Assembly: GCF_964355755.1 (NCBI RefSeq)
Contig: NC_092680.1
Span: 4,340,001 to 4,404,000 of the forward strand
Direction: 5' to 3'
DNA from: Antedon mediterranea
Lineage: Eukaryota > Animalia > Echinodermata
DNA: 64,000 nucleotides
The translations under genes and the position numbers were made by a program. Of the stretch, positions 48,920-60,472 are shown one piece after another. The notes under the pieces are model-generated. The model was not told where the DNA came from. It saw only the letters and a program-made list of their open reading frames with translations, and searched no databases. The first letter of the stretch is position 1, and each line of letters opens with the position of its first letter.

Positions 48920-49596
48920 AATACATTGTATCCGATTGTCTTACTTCTTAAATTGTTGAAAGATATATTGTACACCTGAACAATAATTTGTTTTAATTTC
49001 TTGTTGTTGGATCGAAAATAAGTATTTACCTTCAAAATTGTAACTAAAGCAATCAATATACAAATTTGCTGCTAGCCAACATGGGTTTTGGGTTGAATTT
49101 AACCATTTGTTTTGTCGTTTTTTAAAAAAAGTGAACACATTTTATTGGGTTTTTTTCTGCAGAGGTGATTAAAACTACAAAATGGCCTACAAAAACTGAT
49201 TAATAATAATCTTCATTGTTTATGTTTTTTGGGGACAATACATCTTTAAGTAAATGTAATAATGCGTTTTTAATCAAACTAATTAAACTGACACGTTAAT
49301 ATATTTCCAGGACCGTTTCCGGCCATATTTCTCTATGATGATAGAATTTATGATCATAGTCATTAGTTTAATGACATTCTACGTGTAACACGATGTAAAG
49401 TATCTAATAATTAGAATATGTCGTCGGGTGAACCAGAATTTAAATTAGGTTAAATCTTACAATTAGTTTGAAAAGCAATCAGTAAAAGTCAGTTTTAGAA
49501 TTATTATCGCTTCATTTTTTGTTGTGAAGATAGTCATGTGTATTTGAAAACTTGGTTGTGAAGTATTGATATAAGCACCACGGCCAACCCTTATAA

Positions 49597-49775
49597 AGCT
49601 TGGTTCCCACTAGAACGTAACGCAAGGACGTAAACGCAACGCAAGCGTTTTAACCAATGGCAACCGAAGTTATAAACAGTTAGCAATCACAAGCGAATAA
49701 GCCATCGTTTGTGATTGGTAAATTCACTTGCGTTGCGTTACGTCCTTGTGTTGCGTCGCTAGTGGGAACCACGCT
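49597..49775 (+). mobile_element. MITE family 2 copy
   Basis: 179 bp, TAA TSD; a degraded relative follows at about 49852-50002. Confidence 0.85.
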
Positions 49776-52421
49776 TAAAGGGGACACTTAGTCCTGAAAC
49801 AAACAGCCAATGCAGTAACAAAATGTATTAATGTATTAACTTTTTCCTGAAACGCAACGTAACGCAAGAACGACGTAAGCGCAACGCAAGTGGTTTTACC
49901 AATCACAAGCGATGGGTTTTTCAAGCTTCCCTTCTGATTGGTCAACTCGTCTGCATTTGCATCTACGTCCTTTTCGCTGCGTCTCTTGTTGGAACTAGGC
50001 TTTACGGCTAATGTTTTAATACATCAGCCAATCCCAGTATTCAGGGGACACTTTTCCTTGAAACGAACTGTCAATATTATGTTTCAACAGACACTACATG
50101 AGCGGTGTTTCACTCTGTCGTAAATTCCTATGCTGAAACCGGCCCTTCATTGGATCTCGAAGCTGACCTCTTAATATAGATTCTACTGTGGTGTGATATA
50201 GAATAAATAATACTAACAATAATAAATAATGTTTAGTTTTTAATTAGAGGTATGCGTATAATCCAAGCAAACTAAAATTAGACGCGAATAATTATATTTC
50301 AACTGCTGTATAATTCGTGTTGTTAAATTGCATCGTAAATTATAACATAATAAATGTTTATATAATGGCACTTACATTAGGCTACTTAATAAATGTTTGA
50401 CATAAGTTGGCATAATGTGGTTTTTCCATTAGCTATATGAGTTAATATACATTCCAGAAAATGTTTGAATTTATAGATAAATAGTTTTTATGGTATTTAT
50501 TTTATTTCTGTTCTGTCTTTTTAAGTTTAAACATCTTTAATATAAAAAATATTTTCAATGTACAATGTGTTAATTTAATGGACCAGCTAAGTAAAATAAA
50601 GAGGGGAACCTTGTAGGACTAGGCTAAATACCCAACATATTTCATATAATAAAATAACCAATAGCATTATTGTTTTTCAAAACTACACATACCTTAGTAC
50701 AAAAAATGAAGGAATATTATGGAACACATTATAACCATACTTTGATTACAACAGACGTATTTATTAATTTATTCAATCTTTTATTTAGAATCTCTGGTCC
50801 ATATAAACTAAAATTACATATAAATTAACACACATAATCTGTACTGACTAATTACTACAAGTAATCTCAGGAGACAATTCCACCCGGAGAGCATTTGACT
50901 TATTATAAGACGTTGTCTATAATCGTTAAGACTAAAATATTTTCACTTCACTAAGTCTTCAGGCCTATATCGATTTTCTTAATCTGGTATTCTTGATTTG
51001 TGAAACGTTTTACTAAAAAAGTAGTTGAACGTTATTAAGATCATGGTGGTATAAAATAAAATTATAAATAAATATAAAATTATTTTATACCTCCATGATA
51101 AGCTTACATCCTACCTTACATTTTTGTAAAACCTGAGAATGGTAATATAATTTCTCGACCGAACGCAATAAAAATACACGTTCACAGATCTCAGGATTTT
51201 CCTGATGTAGACTCCTGACAACAGACTAGTTCATCTAACAGCAGCTCTTAAATATCCAGTGAACGTGTGTTCTTAAAACGCAGGATTTTGTAAAAAGTCA
51301 GCATCTATACACACCTCCGACTCGGTTTCTAATGACTGGATGGCAGACGAATAAGTTAATATCAAGCGTTCATCCCATCAGAATGCTTGTAACGGACCAA
51401 CAGAAGATTATCTCTGATTGGTTAACAATTTACCAATCACGAAGCATGAAATAATGAATTCGAGTTAAATATATTTTGATTTTCTGATTGACTAGCGTAA
51501 TACTGAAGATGACTGCTAACAACAACAATCTGATTGTTATGACGTCATCTCGGGGTTACTCGCCACGATCCGCTCAACTCACTGAAGCTCTTATAGAAAA
51601 CAAATACTGATTTATTTTCTGAATTCTCTCGCAAACAAGTGCATTCAGTCAGTAGGTAAATTTTTCAAACTGGCCATAATGAATTCTGACGAGTATGTAC
51701 AGTTGCGACAAATAAACTCGTGTATAAGTGTAATGACGCAATTAGGAGAATGTTTATCGAAATCTATGTTAATTATCGTCACAGCTATAGTATGCATGTA
51801 TCATTTGCGTGCACAAAATGATAGATAGTTTCATCATGTTTAAGTTTATAGGTCAGTTTATTACTAAATTTATAGCTGTTTCAATCGTTAGCTATAGGTA
51901 CTTATTAGTTATTAAACTAATACAATTGAAATGTACAGCAAATTCTAAAAAAGCGCAATAACAACATTATATCATTTTAATGAACAGGTTAGTAAACCAA
52001 ACATTCCGTATAAATAACACGTTACTTTCTTCATGCCGTCTTAATTAACTTTATTTTAGGTATAATAAGCCTAGTGTTAATACGCCGATTTAAATCGTTT
52101 TCTAGTCATTGTAATTTATTATCGATTCGTGTTACTAAAAGAGCAGATTTTCATTAGTGAATTGGTTGAAATTATGTGTGTATTCGTTTTACAGGTTCTT
52201 CGTGATTTTTACTTCATTTGCGTTACCTGTTAAAATAAATATTACGTTTAGATAATGCGTTTTCGTTTCATTCTAACGCATTTTCTACCTCGATTAAAAA
52301 ATAACTGTTTTTTTTTTACCACGTACTTTAAAAAAAACCAACCATATAATCTTAAGTTTTAAAATATTTGCTTTTAACGGTAAATTGTCATGTGTACTTT
52401 AAAAAACTAGTACCTCTTTCC

Positions 52422-52760
52422 AGACCGAGCGGTTAAGACAGTGGAACCGTTATACGGGTTGGAGGCTCACTCGCCATGACAATTTTTCCTGGAAAAAGAC
52501 TATAAACCATGGTCCAGTGTACACATCTGGCTCATGTGCACTTTTTATTTTAAGAACCAGTACATCTTTCGAGACGAGTAGTGTACTAGTACACACAGCC
52601 ACTGTCACAAACTCATCCCTCTAGGAGAACAGTCTAAGACTGAAGAGGCTACCCAGTATAAAGAATACATAAATAAAAAATACCCCGGTGTACTAATACA
52701 TCACGGCCCTCTTAAAGACCAGTCTTTGACTGAATAGGGTAATCAGTAATAATAAAATAA
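52422..52760 (+). repeat. tRNA-derived SINE relic with Deu/Nin-like central domain
   Basis: A-box-like GACCGAGCGGTTAAGAC; GACTATAAACC..GGTCC...GCAC...AAGAACC...TTCGAGACGAGTA...CCCCGGTGT resembles the Deu/Nin domain from memory; A-rich tail. Confidence 0.45.
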
Positions 52761-55700
52761 GAAGGGTTAGGCAATGATGGGTGACGTCCATCCTCTGTCT
52801 TAAACTTTAAAAGGATGATAATAATGATCAATGTAGGCATAACGTAGAAAAAACATGACTTTGTGTTGAAATTGGGACAATTTGACAGAGTTAAAAGTTC
52901 ACAAGGAAAGTAGGGGCAGAAAACAAAAAAGGTTAAACGTTTTCATTTAGCTTTCCTAAAGAGAATTCTTTCCCAATCAGCATGACGTGAAAAAGTCACA
53001 GTACAATTGAAGAGAAGAGAATAATTCTCAGATGAAAATGAAAAAAATAAACGATCACGTTCCGAACGTAGTAAAATTTAACAAATACTATCATCCACAT
53101 AGCTTGATATACTGCCATGAAATATAACACTGACAGGCCAGACAATCGCGAATACAACAATAATGGTCAGAAGCACTTAGTCAAAGGAGTAAGCTTCTAT
53201 TTCAGAAAAAGTTTTCAAGATTACAAACTCTTTAATGACATAATATTATGTTTATGAATTGAATATTGCAATAAATGAAATATTCTCCATATTCAACGAA
53301 CAAAACATTCATTATTTGTTTCATAGTTCATCATCTACTGTTTCAAAGTAGTACTACGTTACTCTCTCACTCTCACTCTGCCCAAACCTTAGAGGCTAGT
53401 CATAGGGGTTTACCTACATGGGTTCGTGGACGACTCGCTCATGTTTTGGTGGTAGAAAAAGTCTTCTCGGAAGGGCATGTGCCCAAAGAAATAAATAATA
53501 AAAAAGCTAAAGAGCAATAAATGGATCCCCTCGTACTTTTTTTTTCTAATTTTGTTATTGAACGAACTGTAAAAAAAAAAAAAAAGCGGGAAGTTAGGCC
53601 ATTCAATAGGGCAGCGCTCGGAATTTAGCAGAGGAGCATTTGAGTTGCACACAGTGATCAAAATGTTAACAATTTATGAACGTGCAATAGAACCATTAAA
53701 TATCACTTCAACGTGCATTAGACATAATAACGGCACGTGATACGATTAACCAATCATAGTAAAGATAGACTCAGGTGCGTTATAACTTGTATGCCTATAT
53801 CTATTCGTATGTAATAATAACAACATTACTTGTCGTGTTTATGTGTTAGGTTGAAACATATATATCCTAATTAATTGCCAAACCAAATGTGTAATTAATA
53901 CAGACATTGGAATTAACGCAATAAACATATAGCTATAATAATAGACATTAGCGTAAAATAACAATCTGTATTTATAACAGTCTCCAGAACGTGACGATAT
54001 TAATTTAACCCGTTCTGCTTACATCGTGCTTTACTACAAAGACAGCCAATTTGTGTAATAATTCCCCTCGATTTTTATTTTAATGAATAATAATATACAT
54101 ATTTCATTTCATATTGGTTAGTCTATGAAGTATTCACCTATAGTTGTATGACATTTCTGAAAATGGTTTAGGCCTAAACTGATGCTGTGTATGACAATTT
54201 GATATTCAGGGTAGACATACACTTTACCTTTTCTTGTTAAACATTAGCTATAAGTCAAATATTATGATGAATGGCGACATCTAAATTTTTTTTCAAACTA
54301 GTTTGATAGTGTAGACAGAGCCTTACTTGAATCTCTAGACATGTTATAAACAACGTTATAAACAACACATGCAAAATAATAATAATTCCATTACAATTTG
54401 GACTGCAGTTGATGGTTACAATATACCTATGTTGTTTTTAAACGATCAAAACATCGCTACTACTGTATACCATTACTTGGAACGTAGGTTTGTTTATCTT
54501 CTTTTAGTCTAATTAGCGAAAATATAATTAGTATAGCATACTGCCACTTTAATTCTCATTTGTTCTCTATAAAACATCTTTATCCCGACGAAACCAATAT
54601 AGTTAATACAACACGAAATAGAAAGTAAAGTGAATATCTTATTTATGACATAATTGTACAATGAATTTGTATTACATTCAACTGCATAATTCTAATAAGG
54701 AGGAACATGGGATATTCACCTAATGAATTGGAATGTTCGAACATGTGAGTATTGCATCGTGTTTGTTATTTTCGAAGAATTTCATCTGTTTTTGGATACT
54801 AAAGGTAACTTTATAAATGTGCGTGATATTTTTAAAAACGTTGTTTAATGAATAATGTCTTCATCCGGGCAGCAGTTTGATGAACTTGAAAGGTGTGCTT
54901 CCCCGGTGGATCTAAATCCCCATCTTGGGTAATCCCCGACACCATTATAATGTCAAACTTGGTTGTTGATCTCAGTTATCGAAATAATTATAAATAAGAA
55001 AGTATTGCTTAACACAGGCCCCGTCAAAAGATGGATAGATAGATTAACTTAACATTAAAAAAATGTTAAATTAATGTAAATGTCCGCTTTATATTTATTG
55101 TAAATAAATAACGCGACATTGTACCACGAAACATAGTTAATACAGGTTTTCACACGCTAGTTTTTATAAAACGTACTGTACGTAGTATAGCAATGTCACT
55201 GATCTCTCTGTCATCCTCCATCGTTCTGATGCTGTAAATATTGTTGGAACGAGATATTGAATCCACCTGATCAACATGATATAGACCCCTCTTTGAGACA
55301 CCTCTATTCAGGAGACACCCTACTAAAGAGACACGTTCCTGGGAAAGGAATGAGGGAAAGATATCTATTAAGGGGACACTTTGTTAAGTTCCAAGGGTAC
55401 CCTTTATCAAATAATCTCTGTAATACTAAGTACGTGTGTTAGGGAGCTAAAGGAATTCAGACATTTTGCCCTACTCTAAATGTAATAATTTAAGTTTAAC
55501 TTTAGGCCTACTGAGCAAGTTAACTTGCTCAGTAAACTAGAACAAATTCGCAAGTAATATCAAGACCTATTAGTACTGTATGATTACGTTAGTGAAGAGC
55601 ACACAGCACACTATCAACGCCAAGTAGTCAAATCAGATGATATAACAATAAAGATTCATATCATTGAATATATTAAATAAGATTTAATTAACGATTACGA

Positions 55701-56226
55701 ATGTTAGTGCCATTTTTATACAACACTCTATTTTAAACATTGTATTTTACCTCTCAATTACCGTTTTACATTACAGCTTTATGAGACTATTTGTAACAAG
55801 TCCTGGGAACCATGTGAAGAGTTCTAAGGTAAGATAACATTTTCAATGAATTGCGCTGATTTGGTTTGATTTGGAAAATATTCCTCTACCTATACAATTA
55901 TTCCAGATTTGTTTTAGGATACATTTTGTTTTGGTGAGTATTAAAATATTTAAAAAAAATAAATTAAATCATGTAGCTGCCAATTGCTGAAAAGGGAATT
56001 GTGCCTCGTGACGCAATCGTCTATCAAATCAACGCGTTCAAGTTCCTTTTAATTTGATTACATTTTACTTTCTAATTAAATATATTAATAAGAATAATCA
56101 TATTAAATCGACGTATATAATTATTATGAATTTAAATCAGTAACATTAATTATATGTATATTGCAATGAACGTATATTGGGTTTATGAATATAAATAGAA
56201 AATATCTGGAACGCAAAGCTGTATAA

Positions 56227-56404
56227 AGCTTGGTTCCCACTAGAACGTAACGCAATGACGTAAACGCAACGCAAGCGTTTTAACCAATGACAAGCGAAGT
56301 TATAGACAGTTAGCAATTACAGGCGAATAAGCCATCGCTTGTGATTGGTCAATTTACTTGCGTTGCGTTACGTCCTTGCGTTACGTTCTAGTGGGAACCA
56401 AGCT
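56227..56404 (+). mobile_element. MITE family 2 copy with symmetric ends
   Basis: AGCTTGGTTCCCACTAGAACGTAACGCAA ... TTGCGTTACGTTCTAGTGGGAACCAAGCT. Confidence 0.85.
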
Positions 56405-56864
56405 TTACAAAACAATAGTATTTATTGAAGCATGATTTTAAACGTACATTTCTGATTCAATTCATAATTAATAAGATGAAACATGATGATTTATTTATGG
56501 AAAAACTTACATTATTAAGATTATCCGGTAATCTACTCTGCCGCCGCATACGTAGTAGGCCTATCATTGTTACAGAATATAATATAAACAAAATGTTAAA
56601 AATAATTATTAACTCTATGGTTGGATTTAATCGTGGAAGTTTAAAACTGGTTTGAATAACAATAACATGATATAGTTGTGTGTTGCTACTTAGTCTGGAT
56701 TCCAGATGGAGTTTTGACACATATGGCGTTTCATACGTATAATATTTTAGCTTGAAGACAGAGGTTTAGGTTGATTCGATAAATCAGATGCAATGATTCT
56801 ATTGAAATGCTTGTTAAAATTAGCGAAGCAATAAGCGTATGTGAATTAATGCAACAGTGCGTTA

Positions 56865-57019
56865 AGCTCTGTCTACACTATCAAACTAGTTTGACAAAAG
56901 AAGTATGATTGCCCAAATATGGGAATGATATTATCAAATATCGTAGTTATTTCATGTCCATGGCCATGGGCACATCACATTTTATTTGTCACATAACGTT
57001 TGATAGTGTAGACAGAGCT
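56865..57019. mobile_element. MITE family 1 copy
   Basis: TTA|AGCTCTGTCTACACTATCAAAC ... GTTTGATAGTGTAGACAGAGCT|TTA. Confidence 0.85.
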
Positions 57020-57405
57020 TTAGATAATGATGACATAAGCCAATTGTACATTAAATCCTATGACATACAACGTACTTTTATAATAATAGTTATTGATTCA
57101 TGTTTATTGTATTATTTAATTGATTTTAGCTTCTGTAATGTAAATTTTATTTAAATAATCGTATACGTGCTCTGATTCAACAATGACAATCATCCCCTGT
57201 TTGATATTTGCAATATTATTCTATTAGGACTTATTAACCCAAGGTTGTGTCGATTTGATTTAGTTACAAACTAGATGTTTCAGTAGCAAATACAATCATG
57301 GTTAAAGACTGATTTCTAACCATTTATTTGACATTATTACTTTGCTTATGTACTCGATTTGTTTAGACTTTATTGAGAAACAAGAGTGTTCAGATATTTG
57401 TATAA

Positions 57406-57542
57406 AGCTCTGTTAACACTATCAAAAAGTGTGATGTTCCAAAATATCATGGTATTGAAAAGCCCAAAATGGTAGTGATCAATCGTCATCGTGTCCATAT
57501 ATTTTTATTATTTTTATCACTTTGATAGTGTAGACAGAGTCT
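57406..57542. mobile_element. MITE family 1 copy, degraded
   Basis: AGCTCTGTTAACACTATCAAA ... TTTGATAGTGTAGACAGAG; further fragments at about 7757-7882, 17465-17548 and 54295-54322. Confidence 0.65.
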
Positions 57543-59520
57543 AAGTTAAAAGTAGCCCCTTTCATGTTCTTCTGAGGTTTATCATGAAAAAGGCTTTAAA
57601 TAAACTGTTTAGCATGCCAGTCCTGAACTTATTTATTTGTTTTGGGTACCGTAGGTATTTTTTAGGCAATTTTTAAATAAGCGTTAGTCTATTTCTGACA
57701 ACCAATAACTATTTCCGATACCCATTTGGTCTGTTATTAAATATATCATGTTTGACAAATGACTGGCTTTGTATAATACCGATGATGTCTCGCAATATAA
57801 AATTGTATGACCACATGCGGAGAAAAAAAACGTGAATTTTTTCTTGTTTGTGTTAAAACGTGTGTGCAATAAAACGCTGTGACGCAATGTAACGCTAACG
57901 CGTCGTAAATGTTATTACGGTACACGGTGGTAGGCCTAGTAACGGGTGTTTCTGGATAGCTTTTTTTTTCTGTTGTAGGATAAAATTATAGCTGATAATT
58001 ATTACAGTAGTTATATGTATCGGCCTATTTGTATTTTGTGTTTTTTGTATGATTCGAGTAAACATATCAGTTGGTTTTTTTTTTTTTTTGTTTTTTTTTT
58101 AGAAGAAAATAATAGAGGTTCTGGTAAAGTTGTAAACTAGTTTTGTCTTTTCACAATATTCACTTCTGGATTTCGAAGTAGGTCTTACTTAACTAACAAC
58201 ATGCACGAACCATCGGTAAGTGTTCCTAGCAAAAATTACCATATTTACTACAAGCAACGTTTAACCGGATATCTTGCCAATGTTTATAATTTACCCGTAA
58301 GGAAGAAAATGAATACAATACAACGATTTTATCAAATACGTAAAAGCGTTTTTCACATTCAGAATTCAGGTCATTTTACTGTTCTACGGCAATGTTTCTC
58401 TCCTCTTTCGTGTAATGTGTATTTAACAACGTGGATCACAACACACACGACTCCAATCTGTCTCATAAAGTTTAAATCATAAAGCAAAACAATCTGTCAT
58501 CTAGGTTTAACAATGAACAATGTGATAACACACATTTTCCTGCTCTGTGTCTACAACACGGGTACCCCCAAACAGAAATGCAAATTTTGGCCTAACATCG
58601 CTAAACACGTGATTGAAAATCTGTAATGGTTGAAGTTTGAATTGTCACTGATCTCTGGGTTGAGATACCTACATGGATAATTAACAATTGCCATAATTTT
58701 GCAAACGATTCTACCGTAAAATTAGTGCATGATATTGTAATCTCTTATTATCCATGAACTCTTGCTAAACTCTCAATGTGCTTTCACAGTTATATTGAAC
58801 TAACGAATCTCTTCTGTTCTCTATCTACGGTTCAATAGCATTTCGTTTCTGCATTACTTTCATTATGGTAACTTTAACTTTGATTATTATTATAAATATT
58901 AAAACCTTCGCAACAATTGATAATAATAATAATGGAACCACTTAAAAATGGGGAATTTTTCACGTTTTGCTTCACCGCTGTCGGAAAATAAACTGAGTTA
59001 TAATCATAAATTTTTTAGTTTATTTTTTTTTTTTTTTTTTAATATAAATAGACATGTCTAATCTGAAGCTACAGTTTAAGCTTCTTTTTACATACACATC
59101 TTCTGTTCATATCTTTTCCTCATGTTATCTAACTACATATTTAAATTATATCTTCTCTGTTATTAGATTTCAACATGCTTGATTACTTAAAAAAGACTCA
59201 TGAAACACGTTGATAATTAGTATTTTGTACCTTCATTTTCCTCCTATTTTTCTCACTTTTAATCCGAAGTCTTAATTTTATTGGTTATATTTTTTCATAT
59301 TGTGTTCATTGTTCTTGATTATCTCGGTTTTCACCGTCCATTATGCCCATTGTCAGATCCCACTCAAGATCCCGTATCGTTCTTGGATCCTTTACTATTT
59401 TTATTTCTATCATTCTGTTTTTAATATTGTGAAATGTTATATTGATGATGATGATTACTGCCTTTCCGCTGAAAAGTCTGCCGACATTTCCGCTTGGGCT
59501 GCTCCGTAAATCTCTTTATT

Positions 59521-60472
59521 GATATTATACAGATATTGACTGCTTAGAGGTTAAATATAAGATTTGACATCCCCGAGGGAATGATATTAAGTTCGAGGGA
59601 ATATATATTTCCCGAAGCGCCAGCTGAGGGAAATATATATTCCCCGAGAACTTAATATCATTCCCGAGGGGATGTCAAATCTTATATTTAACCGATATAA
59701 AAGGCAATATCTGTTATATTATATAGCCAAGAACAAGTCTGCTGGGTTGGGTGAAGCTAGGCTAGGCCTCCTATAGTATTTGTATTGTATTTAAAACAAG
59801 CCTGCCTACTAGACACCTTACCTTGCGAAGAATAATATACAGATAATTACTAATTAATGATTCCTTGGCAATAAAATATTCACTTAGGCCTAGGTCGTTT
59901 AAATTAACAGAAGAATTTCCATCAATAAGCCTATTAATAATAATATTATAATCAGGTAGACCGAATAAAGAATTCGTCTTCTCTCGATCTTCGAGGAGCC
60001 GAATCACCGGATGTTCAGCGCGTACTAGTTACTAGGTTACTACCGTGAGTATTGACCAATCACAAACGGTGTTTCATCACATTTAGGGTGGACTTATAAC
60101 AAATGAGGGCGCTATGTATGCATAGCTTAAATAGTTTAGAAGATTAATTTCTTCAAGCAAATTACGTGGCCCAGCGGATGAAACGTTGTCTTGCGATGGA
60201 GTGACAATTCCACCCGAGTTCAAGATCGAGTAGATGACTTTTGTTTATTTATCGGCAAACTCGAGTGTTGCACACGAAAATTACACAGTCAATATCATCG
60301 TACTCGAGAATTTATATGATTAATGACAGGGAACACGATTATTACGCGAAAATTACACAGTCAATATCATCGTTCTCGAGGATATATACGATTTACGATC
60401 CTCGCAGCGGTAGTCATGTGATGCAGTTTCAACCAATCACGTTCGCGTATTTACATAGGCTATGTAATATAA
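59521..60472 (+). mobile_element. non-autonomous element with a long terminal hairpin (possibly Crypton-like)
   Basis: ~185-nt palindrome at 59529-59714, then TATATTATATAGCC whose inverted copy GGCTATGTAATATA lies near 60458-60471; no ORF; family call is from memory of similar invertebrate repeats. Confidence 0.45.
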
